From Podarcis liolepis (lineage: Eukaryota), in the NCBI GenBank assembly GCA_965112155.1, contig OZ218107.1: 64,000 nucleotides of DNA. One strand, 5' to 3'. Each line of letters begins with the position of its first letter. Position 1 is the stretch's first letter. Below, in pieces: positions 23,121 through 36,233 of the stretch. The notes under the pieces were generated by a model, which was not told the origin of the DNA, did not search any database, and saw nothing but the letters and a program-made list of their open reading frames with translations. The position numbers were made by a program, and so were the translations under genes.

Positions 23121-26100
23121 TGGTTAGCTGGGTTGGCATTTAATAGAAAGGATGCAGCTGTTCAAAAATGGGGCTTTATTATTATGTTTTTATCAGTTAT
23201 ATTGCTGACTGCTTGACATGTGACTAATACCTACTGCAGTGTCTGTACCAGAAAAGGCAAAACGTAAAAGTGAGTGATATAATATAAAAAACCAAAATGT
23301 TTCCAAAAGGCATGCGGTCTGTATACATTTGCAAATAACATTGTATACACTCTCATTCTGCACTACAGATATGCAAAAGCTTTTAACTGAACTTTATAAA
23401 GATTTTATAATAGCAATCATAATACTACATTTGCCTTGTATATTAAATATGTTCCCTAGTTTGACATTGCCAAAAGGACATCAGTACATGTGTGTTTGTG
23501 AAGCATTGGGGATTCTAAAGTATCAGATAGTATCAGCTATTTAATAATTAGCTTGTTAAATAATTGTACTGTGTGCTGCTTTATTACTTAAGCATTTTTC
23601 TCTCAGTGGCAACTCTGGCTGAAGGAGAAGTGGACTACAGGTTTCTTGAGTATCTACACATTCAAGAAGTGGGAGGCAGAGCTCCCTCTAGAAGAGAAAA
23701 ATGAGTAATTCCCCATGGATGTCACTTAAAGGAACTGGTTAAAACCAAAGGAAAAATGACAGATAAGAAATGCTAAAAATCCCAGAGCAATTTTAAACCA
23801 ATCTACTTAAAACTGATATTGTCTGAGGGGTTTTGGTCGCAATCCTCAAAACAGTTTTTTCTAGAGTAAGCTCACCATGGTCAATGGGACTACCGCTAAT
23901 GAAAACTGGGATGGAAAGCTGAAATGCTTTTATCATTGTACGGTATGTTACAAAGAAAAACCCAAACACACGCATAGCTGTTTCAAACTGAAATGCGCAT
24001 AAGACCTGTGCATTTGTAAATCTCCCACTTCTGTTATGAACTCTGCAAAAGATTACATTTTGTTTGAGTGACAACTTTTTCACACAATGACCTCTCTTCA
24101 AATCCACCTAAATCCTAGGCAATGGGAAGATTTAGAATCTAAAATTTAGGTGGACTGCATATTAGTACTGAGTCTATCTGGTAGCTTTGCATCAAAATAA
24201 TCGTTGAAGGTGCCCTTAAAAAAATCATGCAGACTCCATATTTTTTGCAAGTGTTATGCTTCTGTACAAGAAACAATATTATTTGATTTTTTAAAAATCC
24301 CCTCCAACTGACTGACGCATAGCATGAAAATAAGACTTATCTTCAGCTGTTCAGATTACGTTTGTACATAAAAATCCCCAAAATATTTGCTTACATAATA
24401 CTGTATTTAGTCACTTAAACAATTTAAGGTGAAGCATTCTTCATAAATACCATAGGTACATACACGTCCACGCATTATTTCAAAAGCTTTTCGTGTACAA
24501 ATTTCCAAGAAATTAAGCTGTTCTGGATACAGAATAATACTCAAACAAACAAATCTTTTAGAGGACCAACAAAATGCAAATTACCGCCATTCCTCTGCAT
24601 GCCTACTCAGAAGTAAGTCCTATTAAGTTAATGGGGCTTACATCTCGGTAAGTAGGTAGAGAATTGCAGCTTTATTCATACATTTTTTACTTCTAGAATT
24701 GTATACTAAGGTCACAGAGTCTAGAACTCTGAGAAATATATATAGTATTATCGGGGGGGAGGGAGTCACTATTAGAATACTAGACATAGTGCCTTGGCTG
24801 GAAAAAATATATAGTCATCATCAATATTTAGCAACACATAGAACTCAACTTTCATAATACCTTATGGGACTTGCTTGTCAAGTATTTTAACACAGTCTTA
24901 GAATACTGTATGTCTCAAATAATAAAACTGAGTTTGCTGTTTTTTAATCCTCATTTATCTTTGCATAAACAAAAAAAGGCTACAACATGAACAAATGTTT
25001 CAATTTCCATCTAAAGCCACATCAATCATATTGGGGCTTCGAGAAGGGTAACTTGTAAAACATGTCTTTAAATTCTGCACAATATTTGTAATAAACTAAC
25101 TGTATAAATCCATCAATTACCATTAACCTTGATTTGGTTATTAGTATTATTCTAGTAACTGGACAAATATGTATATACTTTTCTCAGCTCTCCATCAAGT
25201 AGTCCCCTTCTACCTCTGTATCTCTCCAACAACCTTTGCTACAAACTCCATGCAAGATACTTATATTTGGAATTTCAGCAGTCTTACAAACCATCAACAT
25301 ACAATACAGCTTTATCCCATAACTGTCAGATGAGTTAAGCATGACATATTTTGTATTCGTTTAGTGGGAAGGGGGAGAGAAGAGTCAGGTTTTGAACTGT
25401 GGGATCAAACTCCTAATTCTGGCATAAAATCCTTTAAAACAGAGCTAGCAGGTTGTCATCATTCATTAACAAAGCTCACTTAAGCGCTCTTTTAATGTGT
25501 AGGAAGATTATGTTGGAATGAAATAGCTACAGAGAAGCATTTCATGCTTTTGCAACTGCAACACTCATAATTTCCAACAGCATGCCATTATCCTATGTCC
25601 TGTGGCTCTATTTCAAAATTTGCTCTGTTCACAGTATCTGCCTCCTGTTATGGTTTTTACTAGAAACAAATTAGGTTCGAAGACCTCTTATAATGGAGTA
25701 GACTTGTTGACAATTTAATGGAAATACACCAGTACAGATGAGTACTGTGGGTGACTCCCCACTCTACTTCTCAATTCTCAAGTCATGTATGTTTCATACA
25801 TTCCAAGGTACCAGAACAAAGTAATATGCTACCTTAATCTAGACCTCATTCTAGGCAGACACTTCTTTCCCCAGACTAAAACAGCAAAAACTCCTAAATG
25901 TCTCCCTAGACATAAAACTAGGTCAGGTGTAAATAAGAAAAAGTCTTGCAGCACCTTAAATATTCTAGCCTTCACGGTGCCACAAGACTTTTCATTGTTT
26001 TTGCCACAATAGATGAGCATAGCTATCCCTCTGGAATAGATCAGGTGTACTTATTCATTTGAGACACTGTATTTCTTAGCAATCTGAAGTCTCCTGAAGG

Positions 26101-28230
26101 TTTTGCTTTCTGTCTCCATTCCAGCATAATGAATGGATGTCAAACATACACATATTTAGCAGATATAATTCACTGCCAGCACAGCTACATGATATCTCTT
26201 TAAAACATCAAGTTTCAGCTGCTGTGGTTTTAAACGTAGGATTTAAGATTAACCCTGTGAGGCTTTCTGTTGACTCAACCGAACGGCTGTCCTTATAATC
26301 TGTTTGTTATATCCGATTTAGAATTAAAAATAACTCTTGCCATTAACAATAGTCAAGAAGACACAGAGAATCTGGGCAAAACTAGGACAGCTTTTCATCA
26401 GCTCGAAATGTGGTTGCACAAATAAGGCTCATACTGTGGGGTTAAAACACCTAAGTATCTAAAACGACTATATACTGGCTGACCTCTGAAGAGAACCCAG
26501 AGTGTTTGAAAAACATGGAAACAGCTGCTGAAATATGGCATTTTCTACTAAAATTCACAAGGTCAGAAGCACAGAGGTCCGTTTCTCTCCTCCAGTCGCA
26601 AATCAACATTAAGAAAACAAAACTTGACATCTCCCATGACAATTGGAAGGAAAGATTTATTAGAATGCTAATACCGTCTACAGATTGTGGCCGTGTATTT
26701 TTGTTCTCTGCTCATTTAGAACTCTACTTGGAAAGCTTTCCAGTTACATTTACCTAGAGACTTCTTCCTACCACTTCCCATCTGACAGAAATCACTCAGC
26801 TGGGTCTGATGAATAATGGTAAAAGGCAGCTTGTATCAGCAATGATTGAATTACAGAATGTTGAAGATTACAGAATGCTATGAAGCCTCATTCTAATGAG
26901 TTTGCTTAATTTACGTACTATACTCCAGTAAACGGCTTGATGTCTTTATAAGAAAACATCAAGAGACACTGTGTTATTAAGGGGAAAAATAACCAATTCC
27001 ATAACTTTTTTTTACTTCTTTAACTTTTTGTTAACATGCAAGTAAGCATACATGCATTTTGTTTTTAACCACACTACTAACACCATATGGCATGGATATA
27101 TTATCAATAGGCCATTATAAATTGCCCCAAGACGAAGCAAAAAGACTAAGAAAACTATGAAGGAGAAATAAAGGGGCATGCTTAATGTAAATACAAATTT
27201 TAAAATCTTACAAGGAAGGGTAGATCAGAGATCCATGACTATCAGTATTTTCAAAAGCATCACTTTAGTCATGTGCCATTACCACAACCATCACAACCAA
27301 AACCTTGCCCGTCCTTTAGGGAATACTGCCGGAGAATAACACCTATTTCTGTATCAAAGCTTACAATGCTGTGCATCAGAAAGGATGCAACTGAAATCTT
27401 AAGCTGCTAATCAAACATATTGGGGGTTGAGGGTTGGTTGGTTTGGTACCTGATGTTGGAAATTGTTGATGCAGAAACTCTTTCTTTATCAAATAATCAA
27501 TGGTTAGGAGAAGAGATGTGAAATCAGAGGGGTCGACACTTTAAAAATGAACTGCAATTAACTTTTTTTTCCCCAAACACCCCCTTTGTTGTTGTTGTTC
27601 CCTCAGGGAAAAGAAAAACAAGTAGCAAACAGATCCTTTCGGAAGCTGATTCCCCTTCAACCCGTCAGCAGGAGCTTTGAAGATCTGCTTCCTGCCTTAT
27701 AAGCAGTTTCATTGCTTTGGACACTGCTTGGAGCCTGTTTCCGTCACTGGCTTGCAGGCAGGATTCATTGCCCCCCCCTGTCCGCCCCACGTCTCCACCC
27801 CTCCCCCTCTTTCCATTTCACCCCATGTCACCCACCAGCTGACTTTTCCTCCAGAAGAGAAACAGTAGGTGGGTGGAGGGCTTTTCGGAGCGGAGTGGGT
27901 GGAGATTGTCAGACGTCCACCCAGCCCAGCTTCTCCCCACCGTTATCACCACCGTTGCTTCCCCCAAGTCAGCAGCCACGGGCCAAACTGCTTTCCCAGG
28001 GTCTGAGGGAGAAACATGTGCTGCCCCCCCCCCCCGCCCCAGCCAGTCGCCCTTTCCAGAGAGAGGCCACCCGGGTGCTCCTCCTCAGCCTGGCTCCCAG
28101 CTTCCTTCTCTCTCCACAGACACACACACACACTCCGAGAGACCCCGGCCGAGCCAGGAGGCGGGAGGGAGCCGCCAAGAAGCCCCTCCAAGCAGCAGCA
28201 AGCAGTGCCGCTCCACGCTCGCTGCCTTAC

Positions 28231-28600
28231 CTGGCAACCGGCGAAGCGGGCGCGCTCTGTCCTTCAGAGCCTTGCTCTCTCTCTCTCTCCCTCGCGCGCT
28301 GCGCCTCTCCCGGGATGGCAGACTTCAATAACAAAGCCCCGCCAAAATAATAATGGCACTCAAAAGTGTGCGGGGACGCCAGTCACCTCCCACACACCCC
28401 GCGCGCGCGCGCACGCACGCACACCGGCGCCAGGAGCAGGTCCGCGTAGTGTCCCCCCTCCCTCCCCTCCCCGGCTCGCAGCAAGCTGGGCTTTGCGTTG
28501 GGGGTTAAGTTTCAGCCGCTGCTGGCAGGCAGGCAGGCAGGCTGGCTAGGAGGAGGGGGAGGAGAGGCGCCGGGCAGGGAGGGGGGCCGGGCCGAGCCGA
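28231..28600 (-). other. Putative non-coding first (5'UTR) exon of an unidentified gene transcribed toward the window start
   Basis: Strong minus-strand donor CAG|gtaagg (plus strand ccttac 28225-28230, ctg 28231-28233) inside the CpG island, downstream of the CCAAT/GC boxes. No minus-strand ATG between 28231 and about 28607. The 5' end (TSS) is a guess. Confidence 0.65.
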
Positions 28601-28946
28601 GGCCGGAGCATCACGGGCTCTGCAGCTTCTCCAGGAATCCCTCCACAGCGAGGCAAGAGCATCATCGCCCAGCCGCCGCGGCCCCATTGGCCGGGAGGCG
28701 GGGCTTGCTCGCCGCGCGGCCAATCCGCCGGCCGGATTCCTAGGTGGGGCTTTGCTTAGGCGGCAGCTGCGCCCATCCCATGGCTACGTTCGCCTTTCCA
28801 TCGCTCTGCTCTCGCCTCCCTCCGCCTCCGCCCAGCCGCCCAGCGCTCTCTTCCAGCGGGGAGATGCTGGGGAGGGGGGGCTGGGGAGGGAGTTCCCTGC
28901 GAATGACAACCAAGGACATCAAACTGGTCTTTGGAATTGTCAAAGG

Positions 28947-28998
<52 letters not shown>
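28947..28998. repeat. Compound (GT)n(GA)n microsatellite in the promoter
   Basis: Seen directly. Confidence 0.95.
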
Positions 28999-29001
<3 letters not shown>

Positions 29002-30597
29002 GGTGTTTGTGTCCCAGAACCTCTCTCTCTTTCCACCTTAAGCTCAAGCTCTGCAATGGAAAGGCAGTCGCCCGGGTGACCTGATTCTCTCTCTCTCTCC
29101 CCCCCCCCCGTCCCCCTCCGCCCTCTTCTCTATCTCCCACTCCCCGCCCCCCTAAATCTCAGGCAATTTACAGCATGGCATTTTTTAAACCAACAAAAGA
29201 GAGGCATCGAAAGGGAGATGCAGGAGCTGCGGAGGGGAGGGGCAAATTGAAAGCAAAACCTCCTCACCCCCCCAAGCAAGTAAGGGGCTACCTCTTTTCC
29301 TGTACGCTGAGGCTACCGAAGCTGATCATGCATTTATTTATTTATTAAAAGCCATCTTTTTCCTTTGCAATGCTACAGGGATTTGCCTGAGCTAAGGGGG
29401 AAAACACCCTCTCTCGCTGTCTCTCGCTCTCGCTCTCTCTCGCATTATCTTTCTCCCACATTCTTTCTCTAGCCATAGTAAAACTAATCTCGACCTGAAT
29501 TTTATGGACTTTATAGCATTCAGGGTTGAAGTAAAGTAGAAAGCGTAGTTTTCAGAGGTCTTTACAGCTTGTGTTCATTATGAATTGATCAGATAATTGC
29601 TCTGTAACAACACGTTCGGTTAAGCACATTTTTGTTTTCTTTTTAGCGGGTTACAAGTGTCCAATTAAGCTATGAACCGGAGCCACCCTAAAGCTCTGAG
29701 GAAATAGGCAACTGTAACTAGTAAAAATGACTATATAAACTAAAATATTTTAAATGTTATGCTACGTTTTTGCCATGGGGCATCATGGTCAAAACTGTCG
29801 TTGCTGCTCCTAATCTATCAGCATCCAGAGCGGTATCATCTGGGGCTGCACGTGTGAATGCATGCACTCTCCTACTTAAGTTCTGCCACAAAGTTATAAT
29901 CTAAATTAGAATTTCTAGTGTTCTACTTTCTAAAAGTTGTGACTAGTCAAATGTTACATGCCAGACACATGAGTTACATTATAGAGGCCACCAACCTCCT
30001 ATGTACTATATCCATCCCATTTCAATGAGAGAATTTGCAACATGTGGACTGAGGTGTATAGTGGCAGTAGAAATTTGAACTGTTTGATAGCCTGTGTGGA
30101 AAACTTTCCATCTACCAACAGTAATAAGGAGCTGTCCTATAAATCAAATGAATGGTCCATGCTATTATCCCTGATCGACAGCAGCCTCCAGGGACTTTCC
30201 GGGTTAATTTTTCCAACCCTTCCTAGCTGCAAACTTGTGTGCGTCAGGAACCTCATCTCTTTGCCCATCCAAACCCACCTGCCCCTTCTAGACACTATAA
30301 AAATAGCTAATTTTGAACATACTTTATCTCTGCCTGAAGAGTTCTCCAAGCCATGCCATGGTGGTCTATGCACCACACTGCATGTAAGAAGGATGCTGTC
30401 CACTGAGTAAGTGCTGAAAACTCACTTTGAATTACACTTCTCTAGGATCCATTAGAAAAGCAATGCTATCCTTTGTTTCCAACTCAACTTGCTATTTTCT
30501 CTATTTATCCGAAGTCTTTAATTTAAAAATATTTCAAAATAAGAGGGCTGCATTTGATTGAACCACAAAATCACAGTGAGTGTTGTCCAACATTGGA

Positions 30598-30678
30598 CAT
30601 ACTCAGAGTGGACTTACTGAAACCAATGGACTTAGGTTAGTTAAGTCCATTGATTTCAAAGGGTCTGCTTCAAGTATG
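30598..30678. repeat. ~80-bp foldback repeat (related MITE-like family)
   Basis: Perfect 11-bp core caatggactta / taagtccattg, extending imperfectly to catact / agtatg. A decayed relative lies near 1430-1515. Confidence 0.7.
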
Positions 30679-32639
30679 ATTAATGTAGCGATCGTCCAGG
30701 AAGAATATCACACTAGATATTAAGTTATACTAAGAAAATGTTTCAGTACCCAACTTAATAATGAGATTATGAGTACAGTTCAGGAAGAGAAGGGATACCT
30801 ATGATGTTAAAAGCTTTGAATATGCATTGTGGATAGTCTCACAAGTTCTAAAGAAATCCCTTACATGAAGGATGCATAAAGAACTAAATACTTTCCTTTT
30901 CAAACTTCAGTATAATTTGCAAAACAGTGGCCTGTTGATCTTTCATGTGATGAGATACATAAACTCCATAGACACACAGCATTTGCATACATCATCACAA
31001 TGGAGATGCACAAATCACTGCTTCCCACATCACACTAGAAGGGAAGAGGAGGAACTTCACATTCTCTACTGGTGCTTCATTGTAACATACAAAGTCACAC
31101 ACACTACACTTTTTAAAAGCATCCCTCTTTCTCCATATTATCACATGCCCTTTAAAATATTGTGCTTTCCCCAAACATTTCCTTTCTTTTGAGAGTATTG
31201 TTAAGGTTGCTGAGGATATGTGCTGTAGCAATTTATGGTTATGATTATGATTAAAATTATGACCCACCTTTCATCAGCAGATCCCAATACAGGTTACAAC
31301 AATTTAAAGTTCAGGATTTTTAAAAAGCTGAAAGTGATCACAGTTGCAAGAATAGGGTTAGTCTGGAAAACTCGCATCTCAGGTGTCAAAAGTCAGAGTA
31401 AAGAAGTGCATCTAGATTTAAATATTTCCAGGGTGATATTTCCTGTGCAATCAAGGCAAAATCATGTCATCATGTGCTACCAAAGGAAGTGTTAAATAAA
31501 AAATGACAATGGTTGCATCCCTATGCAAGCATACCTGAGTAGAATCCACTGAACTCTATCTGAAATCTTTGGGACTTCCAAACAGATATGCACAGAATTG
31601 CATTGTGTGTTGCCAGATGTTCTTGCTTTTGATAGAAAGCACTACTGTTACCATGATTATTTTATTCCTGTGCTACTAATTTCAGATACCAGCTGCAGTG
31701 TTGATATTACAGCACTAGTATTTCATATTTATTAATGACAGCTCCCACATTTCATTCACTGAAGGATTCTGTAAAGAAGTGATGCACAACAAGAAGGTGG
31801 TGGATGACAAATCACAGAACTCAAAAAGCCAATACAGTACAGTATACTTAAATTAATTAATTAATTGCATGTACCTATTTTTAGGAAGTAATGCAGACAG
31901 ACAAATATATATACTTTCTTAACCTGGTGATGTTTCTCAATGTATTATACCCTGCCTTGAGTGATATCATAATGGCAGTCAGGATCCTTGGTGCTGTTTC
32001 TTAACAGGACTTTCTAGAAGACCTGTGGCATAGTTTTCAGAAGTGCTTATATTGAAGCAAGTATTCAGTATTTCAGCCTAGTTACAAAAGTGGAACATGG
32101 ATTAATTTCTCAGATGAAAGTGTTGAAAGTATATTTTTCATAATGGATGCATATTGATGATTAGAAAGGTTCAGAGTGCCTTTACCTTGATTCCCATGGA
32201 GCTTTCCTTGATAACTGCCAGCAGTCTTGTAAAATACATTCTGCCCATTTCCATTTGCTGTGTCCATTGTTCTTCATTTTTCTGCCTTTCTGTTATAAAA
32301 ATCATACTTTTGATTTTGCTACAGTGTCTGTTACTAATGCCAGCTTTGCACTGACATAATGTACTTGTGATGTTATGCGCTCACAGAAGCACAATAGAAA
32401 ACAAGGCAACACCAGCAACCCATCGCACTGTCTTAATGGCAAGACCCCCAGAGCCCAAGTGTAGTCCCTGAGCCAGATCACAACACAGACATCATTGTCC
32501 CCAGGGAATTAACACTCCCTTGAGCCTGCTTGCTACAGCAGCACCAGTTCAGACTGAGCCTTTGATGGATCAAGTTGTCTGGCTCTGTCCAGGGTCCTGA
32601 ATGTTCTGCATCTGACTTTGTTCATCAGCTTAGGCTGAT

Positions 32640-33190
32640 ATGTTAGCTGTGGCTAGGCCTGGAAAACTCATCTGGTCACAGCTATCCAAGTCCAAATAGC
32701 ATCTATACAGGACTACTGAAAAGTGCTCTGTGAATGGCTGACCTTGAAGGCTATGCAAAAACTACAACTGGTGCAAATAGCATCTATGTCGCTAACTGGC
32801 TGAAGCACTGGGGAGCATATCTTGTCAGTTTCCTAAAAGAGCTACACTGGCTACAAATTTTAATGTTTACTACCCTAAATGGCTTGGGACCAGATTACCT
32901 TATGAACTGCCTTCTTTACACAAACTTAGTCATATATTCAGATATTATCTTGGTTCCCCTGCCATCAAAGGTGAGGTGTGTGCTTTTCTGTTTTGTCCAC
33001 ACTTCTGGTCCCTCAGCTCTGGAATCCCCCCTTTTTAGTTTATCTTATGTTGGCATTTTGCCCCTCTTCTTCATTGCCATATTGCATTGTTCTTATACTT
33101 TTATTGGCTTTATTGATTTTTAATTTATTTCTCTGAGTTGCTCTGCAAATCCTGGTGTGTTTGAGCAGTGGGACATTAAATGTTCACATA
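32640..33190 (+). mobile_element. L2 LINE 3' fragment
   Basis: Frames give LKAMQKLQLVQ, KELHWL and LNGLGPDYL (L2 ORF2 C-terminus), followed by a T-rich 3'UTR. Confidence 0.75.
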
Positions 33191-33336
33191 AATACAACTC
33201 AGTGCCTTAAGCAGTGTGTTCCCCAGCTGGCATTCATATACAGCTGTTCACATGCTCTCATTGGCTGCAAATGAAGAAGGGGATGGGGTGCTGGACAGTC
33301 ATTGTTGACTCTCCATTAACATAGACTACCTCTTTT

Positions 33337-33406
33337 GAATCATATAGAATCATAGAATTGTAGAACTGAAAGGGTCCACAAGGATCATCTAGTCCAACAC
33401 CCTGCA
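33337..33406 (-). mobile_element. CR1 LINE 3' end
   Basis: Repeated catagaat octamer (ATTCTATG on the minus strand) and ggatcatctagtccaacaccctgca; similar to the 3151 copy. Confidence 0.85.
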
Positions 33407-35839
33407 ACAACAGTCTAACATTACACTGTCTCTGTGGGTGATGAAGGAGCAAAGGTTTCTTAGTCCCATTCTCCCACCTCACCCCAACTCCAGGAACAGG
33501 CTGATTAGGATCAGGGCAGCAATGCATAAGGAGGAGTTTAACTCTTTCACTCTGTGTTGTGGTCTCAATGAAAATTACTTCCCTTCACCCCGAAGCTGCT
33601 ATTTGCCTCAGGAGGAAATCTGCCTCTGGCACTGAACACGTTCTGAAGTTCTGTTTCCTCCGCCAATTCCAGGCCTCTTTCTCATTTCTGTGTTTAAGTT
33701 TATTTCAAGGCTTGTGTGTTTGAAAGCTGAGAGGCCTGCTTATTTCATAACAGCAGTGCAATCAGCTTTCAGCTCAGGAAGAAAAAAATGCAGGAGAGAT
33801 AATATGTGTGTGTGTGTTTTCCTGGAGTTTAGACAAACTGATATTTACTGATGGAATTAAAATGCAGCGTCACCCCCACCTCTACCCTGTGTTAATGAAA
33901 ACTTACAAGCCATTTTGTTTTCCTCAGGACTATCTTCAAAGAGATCTTTTTTGCCAAATAAGTATGCAATAAAACTCTGGGGGATGAATACCCAAAACAA
34001 ATACCATGTTAAAGTGATAACCTCAGGAAGGATAGCTATTTGTCTACTTCCTAGCGCTGATCTGATCTGCGCTCCTTCCAGTGCATGTTTAAACATTGCT
34101 GCAGGCTCCTATGTTACGGTTCTTGGCTTAGCAAACTAGGCTTTAATTTTTCTAAGGACATGATAGGACATAGTTTAAAGGCTATCAAACAGGGGTGCAA
34201 AAAGCCTAGACTGTTTAGCTCTTTTTATTTAAAGACTGTGCTATCCACAGGAGAAAGTTCATAGGTAATAAACTCTCCTAAAATTTAATAATACTGTACA
34301 AGTATAAAGAACAGGAAATGAAAGATACAGCTCTTATTCAAGCCTTATATAAAAAAATGAGGTTTGTAATATGCCAAATAGGAACCCTTGAGGATATTAT
34401 GATTTTAGTGAATATGTCATTCAGACTCCATAGGCATTACACACATTGCATTCTACCACCACCTCAGATTTATGCTGGCCAATAGTAAAGTGACCATCAC
34501 CACTAACTGCTCCTGTAATGAGATAGATACAAATCCAGGAAGCCATGCTCAATGTGCAGATGTCTAGGGCTGGTGAAAAGCACTATTCAGCTTTCTATTA
34601 ATCACATGGAGCCCCATCACACAGATAACACAAAAGGGGTTTCCAGTATGGAATAATACATCTGTTATACCCTTCCCAAAATGCAAATTACATGTAAATA
34701 CTAGTAATAATAGTGAAGGTATGAGCTAATAGCTATTGTGCATAGTGGCCCAGTTATGGAAACAATAGCCTGTGTTTGCCTTAACACAAAGTATTGGTCC
34801 TGAAACCAGGATTTGCTTGGGTATCAAGTTCATCCTTTCTTCATTTGGATACATATGATGATAAATAAACATAAGGTGGAATTCAGTGCAGCATTTCTGC
34901 TTACCCAGCAAAATGATCTCTCCTCTCATTTCCCAAGCACTGTTCTGGGAGGTCTCCTGAAACTACAAAGTAGATCTAAGGGAGGCATGGAGTACAGCAG
35001 GGGAAGCAGGACAATAGCCCCATGGAGCTAGTGGGAGTCCTTGCATTGGTTTCTGCTAGCAGAATGGGGTGGCTTAACCTGGCCCCACAGAAGCACATTA
35101 TTCTGGGAATCTCTGAATTTTCAATCCATCAAGCAACAAAATGAATAAAATCTACTTGACAGGTAACTGAACAGATAGTCCACTTCAGTAAGGGTGTTTG
35201 TGATAAAGAACAGGCAATGAATATTCATAATTAAGAATGGGACACAGTCACAAATTCCTATTTGTGAAGGATAAAAATGTGTCTTCTGCTTGTCTTTTAG
35301 AATCTCCACGTTGGTACTCTGAGTCTGTTTTAAAAGGCAAATTAATATAACCCTGCATAAATATTAATGCATAAATGTCAGCTATTGCTATTACAATTAC
35401 CAGAAAACCTTCATTTTGAGAGGCAGTCAGTAGCACAATTACAAGGACAGTACTCTATGTTTGCCTTTCTGTAAAGGAGAACATTCAGAAGGGCAATATC
35501 TTATCAAGGCCTTAGAGTCTCTGGATCCAAAGTAACTAGGCATCATTTAGGGCAGGTTTTCTAATTTAGTTTAACCTGCAGACTGGTTCCAGGAACTTGG
35601 CTAGTAAGACAAAGAAAAGAAGTTATCTTAGAACATGATGGGTCCATGAGAAAAACTCAAGAAAATCAGAACGTCCACACTGACAGCCAGGCCCATCTAT
35701 GGAAAACAAATGATAGGATCTGCAGTGCACATTCTGGAGAGCCATATGCTTCCCACAATGGGCCTCTCACTGAATAAGCTCATAGATAGTCCCATGGACC
35801 ATTTGCAAGTGCTGTCAGTGAGTTACATTGTAGCTATAA

Positions 35840-36233
35840 AATGAGTGAAGAACTTTTTTTTCCAGTCCAAGGGCCCCATTCCCTCATGGACAAGTTCTGG
35901 GGGGCCATGGGGCAGTGGTGGGCAGGGTCAGAGGCAAAATGTGGATAGACAGTGGGTGCGATCTCTGTACAATAGGGTACAATCCCGCCATATAAAGGCC
36001 AGAGGTTTCTCTCTCAAGCACATTTCTTTCTTCTTCATCCAGGCAAGCAAGAGGTATTATTGCAGTTCAAGGATACATTACAGCCAGGCAGAACCACTCA
36101 AGAAGATTGCAGAGCCGGGGCAGTGAGGAGCATGGCCTGGGGTGAATGGATGGCCCAGAGGGACATCCAAGGACTGACTAGAGAGGCCTGGAGGGCCACA
36201 CGTGAACCACAGGGTTGAGGTTCCCCACTCCTG
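35840..36233. mobile_element. Old hAT-like non-autonomous element
   Basis: agggccccattccc start motif and gagggccaca...gaggttccccactcctg end motif, shared with decayed copies at about 16603-16851, 3800-3870 and 53144-53200. Confidence 0.6.

Larger units (their letters stand above)
27700..29250. promoter_or_regulatory. CpG-island promoter (probably bidirectional)
   Basis: Abrupt GC- and CpG-rich block in an otherwise AT-rich, CpG-depleted window. It contains ATTGG (28686-28690), a GC box GGGAGGCGGGGC (28693-28704) and CCAAT (28720-28724), with splice donors pointing outward on both strands. Boundaries are approximate. Confidence 0.9.

Noticed and set aside
27712-29140. Overlapping long ORFs (up to 212 aa) in the CpG island
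   Set aside because: Low-complexity Pro/Ala/Arg/Ser translations in several frames on both strands, caused by GC richness and microsatellites; no recognisable domain.
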